Shown here piece by piece: positions 38,001 to 50,929 of a stretch of 64,000 nucleotides of DNA. A model generated the notes under the pieces. It had not been told where the DNA came from. It did no database searches and saw only the letters and a list, made by a program, of their open reading frames with translations. The position numbers and the translations under genes are program-made. Positions within the stretch are counted from its first letter, which is position 1; the number at the start of each line of letters is the position of its first letter. The stretch spans positions 198,312 through 262,311 of the forward strand of contig MU058205.1 in the NCBI GenBank assembly GCA_013265495.1, written 5' to 3'. This stretch comes from Vicugna vicugna. Its lineage: Eukaryota.

Positions 38001-38556
38001 GTGCCCACAGCTCGCTCCCCAGTACCCCTGAGGGCTCCCATCTGACATCGCACACTTGGATTTCTGTGAGTGACACGGCTCCAACTCCCAGCCCACGCAC
38101 TGAGCGAGCCGGCCTAGAGTCTTCAGCTCTCTCGCTTATGGACGTGTGTTCTAGCTCCATCACTGCAAAGATTTTCAGCTGACGTGCAGGTTTATGAGCA
38201 GTGAGAAGTATGGGTTCAGGCAAAAGTGTGGAGGACAAGAGGCAGCAGGAATCGGACCCTTGTGGGATAGTTCCCTTAATGTCCTGCCCTCACGTGGTGA
38301 CAAGGCGCAGAGAACAGACACCCAGAATTTTTACACCAGTGGAGGTTACTTCATAGAAGGGAACTGATGGACAGGAGGTCAACACCATCGCTCTTCTGAG
38401 CCTCAGTCCCTCCACCTGGAGACCGGGGCTGATACCTCACAGCATTGTCGTAAGGATCCAGAACAAAATGGATACGGATATAAAATTTCTTTCTTTTAAA
38501 ACATTTTAACCATTCTTTACAGACATGACAGATTTCCGAGTTTGACTGAAGGGGAG

Positions 38557-38765
38557 TGTGTTAGCTTGCTGGGGCTGCCGTAGCCCAGTACCGCCGCAGG
38601 CTGGGGCTCAAACAGGCCGTGGCCTCACGGTTCTGGAGGCTGGAAGTCCGAGGTCAAGGTGCCGTCAGCAGCGTCAGTTCCCTCTGAGGGTCTGTCTCCT
38701 TGGCTTGCGGGCGTGTCTTCACATAGTCTTCCTTCTGTGCTTGTCTGTGCTCTCATCTCTCACCT
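38557..38765 (-). mobile_element. MaLR LTR fragment (MLT1-like)
   Basis: CTCACGGTTCTGGAGGCTGGAAGTCCGAGGTCAAGGTG. Confidence 0.7.
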
Positions 38766-41700
38766 GGAAGTTATGAAAGAGCTGCTTAAAACTAATTAAC
38801 TTTAATAAATTAATGACAAATTATATATTACTATGTTATCTTCCAGAGCCATAAACCTCTTAGAATGTTGAGTTCTGGGTTTACGTGAGTACAATTTTTG
38901 TACCTGCTGTGTACAGCACTTCATTTTCTTTCGGCTTTCTCATAGATCAGCTTAGTCATAGCAGATTCCTCCAGGGAATCCTCTGGCCCAGCCTGAGCGG
39001 CCCCCATCCCCAGCACAGCCCGTGCAGTGTTTTCCACAGCGCAACACCTTCTTGTTTATTAATGTGCTCGTTGGATGCATGCTGCCCACCCTGAGCCAGA
39101 ATGTACGCCTCATGGGATCTCATTCCCTGTGAGGTTATTCCTAGCCCCGAGGACAGCATCAGGCACTCGGTCACTGTGCAGGGACTGAGAGAATGACAGC
39201 TCCCAGAGCTGCCTCCTGTCCCCTTTCCCAGGTCTGCCAACCCGAACACCCTCTGAGGCAGTTCGCCACCAGAGACACGGCCTCCAGCTCCAGCCCTCGG
39301 CCCTGCCGGCCTGGTCCCACCGTAGCTTTATGGCCACACTCTTCCTCTTTTTCTTGAAACCACCTAGTCCTGCACTCAGAGCTCGTCTCTGACACCTCGC
39401 CCACTAGCAAGCAGCTCCTTTTGTGTTTTGTCATAGAAACATACTCTGCTCAGGGATGGCAATCAGATCTTTTCCTGCGAGAATGTTTGGAACCTTTTGC
39501 GCCCTTGGGGGATGAGTGGCAGCAACTTGCTCCAGCTGGTGCCGCACTTGGCTTTTGTGAAGATCATCAGTGTGGTGCAGAGAGGCAGAGGGCAGGCAGA
39601 GGCCGGGAAAGCTTCAGGTCTGCGCGCCTGTTGGTGCCTTCAGGGCCGCACATGGAGCCTTGGGGGAAGGGAGAGGGGCTCAGGAACACGCTGTTTGGCT
39701 GGAGGACCATGGATGCCTGATGGCGGAGGGTTTGCTGTCAGCTGTACCACTTGCTAGGTGTGCTGTCCTGGAAGAGCCGCCATTGGCCCAGCATGCTGGC
39801 CTGTACGTGATGCTGTTTGGGGGGTGCTATGCTGCATGCTCACCCCACACCTCCTCTGTCCCGGGCTCTTCCTCTGCACTGGGTTTACTTTCTCCCATTT
39901 GATCCTCACAACGATCTGGAAGCAGGCATTATTATCACCACTATACAGAGGAAGAAACAGCACTAGAGAAATGTCTGAGCCCCTAAGGACAGAGATCCAA
40001 GACCAGAACCCAGATCTGTCCAACCCCAAAGCCCTCCTTCTACCTCCCCATCCTTCCCCCCGAGGGGTGGACATTTGTGACTCCCTTTCCTCTGAAGGGA
40101 GCCTCCCTGCAGCGGGTGTTCTCAGGAGCAATGAGGGCTCCAACAGGGCACACCCGCCCCAGGGGCCCCATCTTGGCCTTGGCAGAGAACTGCTGCCTGC
40201 AGCCTGGCCTCGTTCAGCATGGTTTGTAGTCAAGTGCCAAAGACTGAGGTCAAAGCCCCATTCAGGGCAAAGGTGAGTGATGGAGACCAGCCCTTAGCAA
40301 GTGTTCTCATCTCCCTGCTGCCCTAAAGGTGGTGCTGGCCGCAGGTTAATGCAGCGAGTGACTTCACGGGCAGGACATCTCAGGGCTCAGCGGCCTGTGT
40401 TGGAAGAGAAGCTTCTGGTAAGTCAGTGACTCAATCAATTGCTACTCAAAAATCAGTGCACAGAGCCCGTGTTGGACTAAATGCAACATGTTAAGAGTCA
40501 AGAAAGGAATCTTTTGGAGGAGGGACTGGCCTCCAGATGGACCAATGCCATTTGTTTTCAACTCCATTTGTCTGGTTGTTAGGCTGTTTTAGGATAATGG
40601 TGACAATGAAGTTCCTCCCTGACTAGTTTGGGTAACATTCACACCTGTCTGGGCGATGCTCACATGAGTCTGGGCGATGCTCACATGTGTTTGGTGGACA
40701 CCGATCCCTCACCTACCAGTAAGGACAAGAACATGGAAATTGTGCAGAGAACTCCAGCTAACATGGGGAAGCCTAATTAGAATTAATGACTTCAAATCCT
40801 TGGGTGTTACTTACTGAGCACCTTCTGCCCGGTGCTAAGTGTTTCCCGAGCATTGCTTCATAGGCTTCTCCCGTAACCCTCGTGCAATCAGAACTCTCAC
40901 TATCTCATTCTCCAAGAAGAGGAAGCCGAGGCCTGGTGATATGAGGGCATTTGCTGCCAGTGGCCGAGCCAGAATGCCAGCCCAGGGCAGACAGACTCCA
41001 GCCTCACGCGGTCAGTTGTCCTTTATTGAAGGACATGTTATTTTCGGTCGGGATATTAGAGCTCTGTGTCTGTGGATGGCATGGTGTGACGTGGCCAGCT
41101 GGTCTGTGGATCTGGCTGAGGACGCCTTCGATCCCTCCTCCTACCTGGAGGCGCTGGTGAGATGCTGAAACGAGGTCCAGAGACCTGAAGGATAGTATGG
41201 AAGAGCCAAGGTGAACACTGAGGACTGCCCCATCAAGGTGGTCGTGGCGTAATAAACTCAGGGAAGAAAAAACACTGTGCTCAACACCATCAGGTGGGCT
41301 AGGACAATAGGTGCTGTGGGGACAGGGAAGGTGCCTGGTGGCTTTGTGTGCCTGGCGGGGAAGCAGGGATGGGAGGGTTGTAATTAGTGAGGTCCCGTGA
41401 CATCCCCAGCTGGACGGTTGGGACAGAACCCCCAGGGAAGGGCTCAGGTCAGTGGCTGATGGTGTTCAGCTCACAGACAGGGTGTGGGAAGCAGGGTCAG
41501 AGCATCTGGAAGATTTTCTTCAAAAGCGCTTGCTTTTGTTAATTGCTTTGGAGGCCTGGGCTCATTGGCACTTGTCCAAGAAAGGGAATTCACCGCGTCA
41601 GTGGCGCTGTTCCCGAGGACACGGGCACAGCTGCTTTTACGGGGACCCCAGAACAGGAGCTAGGTTTGCAGAGAAGACCCTCTTGTCCCACTTTAGCAAT

Positions 41701-42387
41701 TCCTGTTTTGGAGTATGGTGACAATCCATCATTTGACGACTTCAGGCTCTGCCCTAAATTCCCTGTGCCTTTCTGCAGTTCAGGTCAAGATGAAGGGAAA
41801 CAGAACCTCTCTGATTTCCCAGCCGCAGTTCCCAAAGTTTGATTCTGTGCTTTTCAAGAAAGATCCCAGGACCCTGGGGAGGCAGAGCACTTGGAGCCTG
41901 TCACTTCGCGGAGCCCAGCGATTGCCCCCAGTGGGGACTCTGCCACCACCTCCCCCAGCACAGGCCAGCATTTCTAATGCTGGATTAATAAATAATGGTA
42001 AGGGGGACTTACCATGTTAAAGGGGTCCTTAATTATTGCTGAGACTCTGAGGGATTCCAGGCCAAACGAATAGCAAAGCCCACATACTCGGAGTGAACAC
42101 CTTCAAAACCATCACGATCACGATGATGACACATAGGAACGAGAGGTGCCTGAAATTCCTGGTTGCCAGTGGCTTGTCTAAGGCTCATGCCTGCGGTATG
42201 AGAGGGAACTTGAGGGCAGAGGTAGGGGCAACCTAGCTGTGATCTGGGAGAAAACCCTTCTCTTATATTGTCTGCTCTAGTCCCTGCATACAGGCCAGTC
42301 TCAACATCAATGAGATTTCAAGCGTTTGTAAGAACAATCATTCCTTCAGGAAACCCAGTGATAGCTCATAGGAAATATTTGACCTTG

Positions 42388-42873
42388 TGTTGCTGAAGGC
42401 GAGCTCATGTGCCTGCCACACCAGGAGACCTAACAAACTGAAACATCAGAGTTTGGAGCAGAGAAGAGCAGAGAAGGTTGATTGTAGGGCCGAGCAAGGA
42501 GGATGGAGTGGCTCAGGCCCAAGAAAATGTGGAACACCCCGAATGCTTTCAGCAAAGCTTATTTAAAGGCTGAAGGGGGAGGGGAGTGCCATCGCAGGAT
42601 GCATGATCAGCTCGTGCACAGTCCTCTGATTGGTTGATGTGGAGGGAACAGGGCGTCAACACTATCACCCCCTGGGAGCCAGAAGGCCTGGGGGCCACAT
42701 GCCCTTGATCATCAAGTAGTTAATTTCTTCCCTTTGGTGGTGGTTTTTAGCATCTGAAAAACTCAGGAAATAAACACAAGATACTATTATCTGGGTGCTT
42801 AAGCAAGAGGCTGCCCAGAGGACATGGAGAAGGGTCTGACCCTGGAGGCCCCACAGGGTCCTGCTCAGTTATA
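42388..42873 (-). mobile_element. ERV1-like solo LTR, family B copy 2
   Basis: Homologous to 32345-32815; near-TSD CTTG/CTTA. Confidence 0.8.
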
Positions 42874-43560
42874 CTTACTCTTGCATTTTGATATTTTTAA
42901 TTGTAATGGTACCAAGTAGAGACAGATAGAGGTGATAAAGGTCAATACTGTATGTTAGCAAGTGTTCTGGCTCCCTGTCCCACAGACTCCCTTCCCTTCT
43001 GAAGTTAGACCGTGTGACTTGCTCTGGCCCACAAGTGTATGATGTGCATTGCTTCCAGATTGAAACTTATGAACAGCCAAGGTTTGCCGTATCCTCCTCC
43101 TGCCCTGGCAACTGCGGAAGCACGTGTTAAGGTGGGGCTTCTCTCATCTTTGGTTCCTGAGTTGTGGCAATGAACAAAGACACTCCCAGCTCATGTTAAA
43201 GCAAGAGTGAGACCAAACTTCCCAGGGTTAAGCCACTCAGATTTGAGGGTGGTTTGTTCTAGGAGCTCATCCTGAATGAGCCAACTTCTGAAACACCAGC
43301 TCTGGGTAAGTCAGATGCATGGGACCCTCCCCAGTCCTTGCTGATTTTGCTAATAGTGGGTTGGTGGTTTAGAAATATGTCCCCAGATTCTTTTACACTC
43401 ATCCTTTCAAAAAGGAGAGCGCAATTTTCCTTCCCAGAGTGTGTGCTGGACACTTAGTGACTTGCTTCTAACAAATTAGAACAAGGCTAATGCCAGGGTA
43501 AGACCACCGAGACTATGTGATAAAAGGCTTTGGGCTTCCTCCTTGTCCTCTCTCTGGTTC

Positions 43561-44265
43561 TGTTACCAAGTTCAAACTGGTTCTGCTCACTGCACGACAG
43601 GCCAATAAATCAGGAGACGAGGTGTTGGCACAAGGAACGGTAAGTTTATTCAGAAAGCCAGCCAACCGAGAAGATGGCAAACTAATGTCCTGAAGAACCA
43701 TCTTACTCAAGTCAGAATTCAAGCTCCTTTTTTTTTTAAATTTTTAAAATTTATTTAATTTTTCAATGGGGGGGTGCATGAGCAATAAGCTTACATATCT
43801 GTTTATTTAATAGAAGTACTGGGGATTGAACCTAGGACCTTGTGCATGCTAGGCATGCACTCTACCACTGAGCTATACCCCTTAACCCCCAAGTTCCTTT
43901 TATACTAAGTGGGTGGGAGGTGTGGTTGGTTGTTGCAAACTTCTTGGTGTAGGAAATCTTTGTTCTTGGAATCCTTTGTTTTTGCAACTGTCTATGTGGG
44001 TCAGATCATGCTGTCCCTGTAAAAGCTCTGACAAAACAAACATTATTTTTTCATTCTACAACATGTTATCTTTATATGAATGGAAAAGTGTTAATATCCT
44101 TAAAGGTTAGAGCCTTAAGAATAGACTATTCTGTCTATTTCAGGCTATAGGGAACATTCTTTCACAAAAGGTGCAGCCAACAAGGCAAAGCCCAAGAAAC
44201 AGAGCACAGGTTAAAGCCAAAGGAACAGATCTAACAGGGGGTCTGATTTGTTCTTTTCTGTTACA
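43561..44265 (-). mobile_element. ERV1-like solo LTR, family C copy 1
   Basis: TGTTACC...TGTTACA termini; perfect TSD GTTC (43557-43560, 44266-44269); reverse complement of 51484-51986. Confidence 0.85.
43730..43890 (-). mobile_element. Vic-1-like SINE inside an LTR
   Basis: SINE head CTCTACCACTGAGCTATACCCC; TSD-like AAGCTCCTTTT / AAGTTCCTTTT. Confidence 0.85.
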
Positions 44266-46902
44266 GTTCATTTGCTCTGGAGAAAGCCACTGGCATATCA
44301 TGAGGACAGCCAGGCAACCCCTGGAGAGCTCCCCTGCTGAGCCACTGAGGCCTACTGCCAACGTCCGTGTAGGGGAGCCATCTTGGAAACAGACCCCAGT
44401 CTGAGTGTCACATGACACTGTGGCCTCACCAGCACCTTTACTGCAGCCTCAAGAGAGACTGTGAGCTAAGCCATTTCTCAATTCCTGGCCCAAAGACACC
44501 GTGAGCTAATAAATGCATGTTATTTAAGAACCAAGTATTGGGATAATTTGTCACATAGCAATAGGTAACTAATACAATGGGGAAGGGATTAGACTTAAAA
44601 TTTTAAGAATTAAAATATTTACTCCTAGCAATACTTTAGACTTCTCTCCCCCGTAATCTCCAATGTCTGCCAAATAAACTTGAAAAAGAAGTTTAAAGAA
44701 GCAATGGACTTGCCATGCAATCCCAGCTTGGACACAAATCCCTTAATGTCCTTTCCCAATCCAACTGGTGCTCCTAAACCCCTCCTCGATAATAATTCCA
44801 GAATCGGCCTGACCACTTCAAAAACCAGGGTTGCCAGATAATCAGGAGACGGTCTCGAACCTTTCCCCTTTATCTCGACAGGAAGAAGTTTCTCAGAACC
44901 GGAAGAAGATTATCTTCGGGACCAAGAAAACACATGGATGATTGGTTAAGCTCCAGTGAAATGCAAAATAGTGTTTCAAGCTAACGGTGAGTCTCCAGTA
45001 AAGACAAACCAGCCCAGGATCAGAAGTGGGGAGGCCGGGATGTGCTACAAGCCCAGTTCTCAACTACAGCTGGAGACACAAGAGATACGTGCAGGAAATG
45101 AAAAATGCAAGATGAAATTTAAGCGGTGAAGACCATCACATTGACTCGGCCTATCAGCAGAAGGGCTACACTCTAAGCTGGAGCAAGATCACCCACGCCT
45201 GTGGTTTTATTCCCAGAGAGCTGGCTGCTTGGAAAACAGAGGCTGGGGCAGGACACAGAAGGCAGGGGTCCCACCTCCCTCTCAGAGCACTGTGGACTTT
45301 GGAGAAGGATGGACTAGTGACCCCTGGGGTTTATTCTTATCTAAGATTCCCCGCTTCTGAGGCTCATCCAGGTCTTAGGGGTTTTCTGTGCCGTTACTTC
45401 TACCAACAACTGTTATTTACTGAGCCACTTACCATGGCCAGTATATTGACTGCTCCAAATGCATAATCTTACTTAATCTTCACAATAACTGAATAAAGGG
45501 AGACATTGCTATCTCATCTTTCAAACGAGAAGCCAGATCTCCAGAAGTTTCAGGAACTCACCCGGGTCGCAAGGCTTAGATGTGGCAGGGCCAGGGCTGA
45601 GCCTGCTCTCCAGGGATGAAGTCTGCCCTCCTCCTTGTGCTAACAGATGATCTGTGGTAGATACTCACTCCCCCCACCCAGCCCCCTTCCCTGTGACTCA
45701 GCCTGTCTCCCCTTTGTGGAGGCAGGGGAACTTCGCAGAACTCCAAGTGCTTCCCCGTTGGGACCACTTGGAGGGAAGACCTTTGATCTCCAAGCCAGGG
45801 CCACTCCTGGGTGCTGCTCTCAGGACCTGTGGGACCTTCCCCCTTTCTGGAAAGTGGAGATCTGCTCAACTGCTGTGCCGGTGACCTTTACTGATTCTCC
45901 CCAAACACGCGGCGCCCGGGGCCAGGGAAATGCTGCTGAGTCTGGGTTGTTCCCTGGACTCCTGGCCCTGATGGCCTGGGCTGGCTCAGCTTCCCGACAG
46001 TGTGCGCCCCGGAGAGCAAAACTGTGCCCCTGGGGGAGGGGAGGCCCCGTTTAGGTCCAACTGGGCAGTGGGAACTGAGAAATCACTGCCTTCCAAAATT
46101 GGGGAATTCTGAGAGCTGCTTCCGTGTAAGTGACAGGACCCGGCAGAGTCGTCAGGAATGAAGGACCCTTTACAGCTGTGTTTACTGGAAGCCGCCTGGT
46201 GGTAGCACTGGTGGTCGGCAGGGAAGGGCTGGCTCCTGCTGCCTCGCCCCTCCCACCCAGAGGGGTACAACTTCTTTGGCTGTACTGAGGCCCCCTTTGC
46301 TCCTGCCCCCTCTGTCTGCACACTCTTGCCCCTCTGCCTTTGGTCTAGGAATCCCCTTCATTCTGCTCACAGAAGGCGTCTCTGGTGGACTTTCCCGTAG
46401 ACTTTTATGTCTCTTGACGCCCTGTGAGGATGCCGCTCGGCTGGATGGAGCTTGGGCAGGAAAGCTCAGGGCATCAACCATGCTCCTGATTTTGAGGGCT
46501 ATGTTCTTTCTGGGACATCAGGGTTTTCCAAATCCCTGGAAGTTCACAGACATACTCTGAGGGAATCTGTTTTAAAATGCATTCAGGGTTTGTTTTACCA
46601 GGAGTGGCAAGGCGAGCAGACGGGGAAATGGCTGTCGTGCAGGAGGACATTTTTCCACTCACAGATCCCTAGAAGCAGGAGGCGTGCCATGCAGGGCCAC
46701 GTGGAGAAGCACCAGGGTGGTCAGGAGACAGGAGAGGCAGGGAAAGGTGGGCAAGAGCCTTTGCTGTGATTTCCATGGGGAGGAACAGGCGAGGCAGGCT
46801 CAGCTCACTCACGACTGGCTGGTGTGAGTGATTCCAGCAGCCTCGGGTGTGCAGGGCTGTCCCTCGTCATCCAGTACCTGGTCCTGGGCAATTAGGGCCA
46901 AA

Positions 46903-47663
46903 TGTGTAGGGGTTTTCCCCACACCAAGCAGTTCTTTGTGCCATCAGCTGGTTGTCCTATAACTTTACTCAACTTTACTCAATTCTGACACAATCTACCA
47001 GGAGAGAGTGTCAGATCCCCCAGGTTAAGGGCTCGGCCCCACGAGGCTGCCCCCTATTTCAGATTGTAAGTACTGAGCCCCAGGCTGCCCACAACGTCTG
47101 TCCAACCTGGTTACAAATGGAGTTTCCATGAACCCTTTCTCCAGTTTGATTAGCTTGCCAGGGAGGCTCAAAAAAATCAAGGGAACACTTACTTAGGTTT
47201 GCAAGGACCTGATGAAGGATACAGATGAATAACAGATGAAGAGATACATTGGGTGAGGTCTGGAAGAGCCCTGAGTGCAGGAGCTTCTGTCCCCGAGGAG
47301 CTGGAGCACATCACCCTCTGGGTTATGAATGTGTTCACCAGCCTGGAAACTCTCCAAACCTCTGCTGTTGGGATTTATGAAGGCTGCCTCATGTAGGAAT
47401 GAGCCATTCCTACATGACTCCCTTCCCAGGTCCTGTCCCCTCTCTGGAGGATGGGGTGGGAGTAGGGCTAAAAAGTCCAAGCTTTAATCATGGCTACAGC
47501 TTGCTGGTAGCCAGCTGCTATCCAGGAGCCGGCCAGACACCCACCCAGCGTGGTCTCATTAGAACAAAAGATACTCCTAGTGCTCTTAAGGATTTTAGGA
47601 GCTCTGTGCCAGGAACCGGGGGGCAGAGACAAATATATATATTTTCTGTTATCCCACGATATC
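46903..47663 (-). mobile_element. MER21-like LTR
   Basis: CAATTCTGACACAATCTACC...CAGGTTAAGGGCTC and GGAGCTCTGTGCCAGGAACC...AAATATATAT motifs. Confidence 0.75.
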
Positions 47664-47664
47664 A

Positions 47665-48100
47665 CCTTTTGTTTATCCGTCCACCTGTCAATAGACACAT
47701 GCATCATTTCCACCTTCTGGCTCTTGTGTATAATGTTTCCGTGAACACTGGTGTGCAAGTATCTGAATTCCTGATTTCCATTCTAGTGCATATATTTCTT
47801 AGAGTGGAATTGCTGGGTCTTGTGATAATTCTACGCTGCACCTTTTGAGAGGCCACAAAATTGTTTTCCGTAGCATTTGGATTCCCACCAGCAATAAACG
47901 AAGGCTCCAGTTCCTCTCCCTCCTCACCAACCCTTGCTATTTCCCTTCTTTTCCTTTTTTATTATAATTATCCTAATGGGTGTAAAGTGGCATCTCCTTG
48001 TGGTTTGATCTGTGCTTCTTTGATGACTGGTCACATGGAGCATTTTTCCTGGGCTTATAGCCCATTTGAGCTTCTTCTTTGGAGAAATCTCTATTCCAGC
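47665..48100 (-). mobile_element. L1 3' ORF2 fragment
   Basis: AGAGTGGAATTGCTGGGTC, TTCCCACCAGCAAT, TTGGAGAAATCTCTATTC. Confidence 0.75.
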
Positions 48101-48623
48101 CCTTCGTGTGGTGCACATTGCCTTGTCTTATCCTGAATTCCGTTATCTTCTTTGTTAAACAGAACTCCCACTCTGCTCTGGTCTCTCCCTCTGGGAAGGT
48201 GATCCTGTCCTCAGTTCAGGGTAAATCCTAAACTCTAGTCTATAAACCAGCCACAGCAATCCATTCCCCTTGCTGTTTCTGGGTGGGTAAGTTCTGGCCA
48301 AGGAGATGTGACAGGAAGTTTACTGGAGGCTTCTGAGAAAGACTCTGCACAACTAAAAAGTGCACAAGGAAAAGGCAGTCTTTTTTCTGCTGGATATTGT
48401 TGTTTTTGATGAAATGCCTGGAACTATGCAGCCATCTTGAGACCAAGAGGGAAGTTGTCTGTAGGGACAAAGCTAACCTGTAGAAGGTAGCAGAGCAGAA
48501 AGAGGAAGGTCTCTGGTCTCCAGTGGTGCTGTTGAGTTGCCAGATTGGCCATACTTGGAATTGCCACACCTTGGGACATCTTGTGAGATGAGATCATGCA
48601 TCCACAACTGAGGAGGTCACTGG

Positions 48624-48708
48624 GATCAGAGTTTTTTGTTTCTTGCAGCCAAAGACGTCTTATTCGAATTTTAAATTTCTTCTTTCAAATGCATGCATAT
48701 ATATGTGT

Positions 48709-48746
<38 letters not shown>

Positions 48747-49579
48747 TTATATATATACATTAATTTAGTCACCAAATACTTATAGCACTAAGCATCAATT
48801 GACCTCTGTTAAGTACTTTAATAGCTCACAATCTTCTTTGGAAGATAAGCAGATGCGATAGAAAATTTTACATGGTTACGTATCAGAGGAAATACACAGA
48901 CAGTAAGGGGTTCAGAGGGAGGGGTGAGACTGGGGGCTGGAGCGGGGGTCCAGGTCGAACTGGAGGTCACATCTGGGCCTGGAGACTCAGGGAAGGAAGG
49001 GCTGTCCCCCTCCTCCCTTTAGTGACTTTTCCTCCCATAGGGAAAAAAATGACATCTGCCAGGAGTTGAGCTGAGGGATTTCTGAAAGTGACTGAAAGCA
49101 GTTCTTCTCTCAAAGCAAGGATCAGTTTTGAAAACCTCGCCCTCCCTGCATTCCTTCAAGTACAAACCATTTTCAAAATATTCTAGCACATTTTCTGCAA
49201 ACTGTTTTCATCATTTGGAACTTGCTGTCTCACCTAAAAGGAATGTGGGTTTATTCTGCTCAGAGCTTTCAAATGTGATAGGAGGAGGGTGTGAGCAGAA
49301 CTTTGAGAGATGAAGGAATCTGCCCGGGGGCCTCGGAAAGATCTTCAAGCTCGCGATTGTGGGTGAGACTGTCAGAGTCTCCTGGACAGTGCTTAAAAAC
49401 AAAACTGACAGGGAAAACCCAAAGGAGCAGCTTCCTGAAGTGTCAGTCCCCGGGGGTCTGGTGGAGGGGCCAGAGAGAGAGGAGAGCCCATGAAGATCAG
49501 AGTTTTTTGTTTCTTGCAGCCAAAGACGTCTTGTTCGAATTTTAAATTTCTTCTTTCAAATGCATGCATATATATATGT

Positions 49580-49625
<46 letters not shown>

Positions 49626-50350
49626 TTTTTTATACAAAATATATATNNNNNNNNNNNNNNNNNNNNNNNNNNNNNNNNNNNNNNNNNNNNNNNNNNNNNN
49701 NNNNNNNNNNNNNNNNNNNNNNNNNNNNNNNNNNNNNNNNNNNNNNNNNNNNNNNNNNNNNNNNNNNNNNNNNNNNNNNNNNNNNNNNNNNNNNNNNNNN
49801 NNNNNNNNNNNNNNNNNNNNNNNNNNNNNNNNNNNNNNNNNNNNNNNNNNNNNNNNNNNNNNNNNNNNNNNNNNNNNNNNNNNNNNNNNNNNNNNNNNNN
49901 NNNNNNNNNNNNNNNNNNNNNNNNNNNNNNNNNNNNNNNNNNNNNNNNNNNNNNNNNNNNNNNNNNNNNNNNNNNNNNNNNNNNNNNNNNNNNNNNNCCC
50001 TCCCTGCATTCCTTCAAGTACAAACCATTTTCAAAATATTCTAGCACATTTTCTGCAAACTGTTTTCATCATTTGGAACTTGCTGTCTCACCTAAAAGGA
50101 ATGTGGGTTTATTCTGCTCAGAGCTTTCAAATGTGATAGGAGGAGGGTGTGAGCAGAACTTTGAGAGATGAAGGAATCTGCCCGGGGGCCTCGGAAAGAT
50201 CTTCAAGCTCGCGATTGTGGGTGAGACTGTCAGAGTCTCCTGGACAGTGCTTAAAAACAAAACTGACAGGGAAAACCCAAAGGAGCAGCTTCCTGAAGTG
50301 TCAGTCCCCGGGGGTCTGGTGGAGGGGCCAGAGAGAGAGGAGAGCCCATG
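48624..50350. repeat. Tandem duplication, about 870-bp period; second copy contains a 351-N gap
   Basis: 48624-49492 is repeated at 49495-50350; both copies include a (TA)n tract; N run at 49647-49997. Confidence 0.9.
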
Positions 50351-50769
50351 TCCCCTGGTCAGAGTGACCAGTGTCCCCTCCTCTGTCGTGCTGTACACCA
50401 AGCGATGGCCCGAAAGGCTGCATCTTGTTATCCGCTGTATGTAAGTAAAGATCATTCCTGGGAAAGGCGGGTCTGCTGTAAGCCTCCTGATCTCAGAGAG
50501 GCCGTGGGCCTCCAAGGAAGAGCACTGAGGAGGGGGCTAGTGACCAGGCCTGGGTCTGTGCCAGGACCTGGGGGCGTCACTGAACCTCCCATCCCCTCAA
50601 CATTGAAATGAGGACAATAATGGTCTGCTTGCCAGCTGCTATAAACAGGAAGTAAGGCGGTTTCTGCAGGACTGTTGCTGGTGACCGCGTGGCTCTGGGT
50701 AGTGGGAGGAGCACCACTGGCCTTGGCATCGACTTGTACTTTTATTGAGATCATGCACAAAGTGAATGC

Positions 50770-50818
50770 AGTGTGAGTGTGTGAGTGTGTGCGTGTGTGT
50801 GTGTGTGCGTGTGTGTGT
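50770..50818. repeat. (TG)n imperfect microsatellite
   Basis: Direct reading. Confidence 0.9.
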
Positions 50819-50929
50819 TGGGGAGGGAAGGATGTTAGAACCTGAATTCGTTAAATGTACACCTTTAAAATACACAACAGATTTTATTTGGAGTGATGGA
50901 GACCCCAGAGTTCACCTCTTCCTTTTCAA

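Larger units (their letters stand above)
43357..44576 (+). mobile_element. MaLR LTR (MLT1-like) split by a younger LTR
   Basis: CTTAGTGACTTGCTTCTAAC in the 5' half; TTGCTCTGGAGAAAGCCA...ATAAATGCATGTTATTTAAG...AACTAATACA in the 3' half. Confidence 0.7.

Noticed and set aside
32345..42873. Family B LTR pair 10 kb apart as a provirus
   Set aside because: The interval contains ordinary host DNA with L1, L2 and MIR relics; the copies are clearly diverged and copy 2 has its own near-TSD.
49490..50171. ORFs rich in YI repeats and X
   Set aside because: Artefacts of the (TA)n tract and the N gap.
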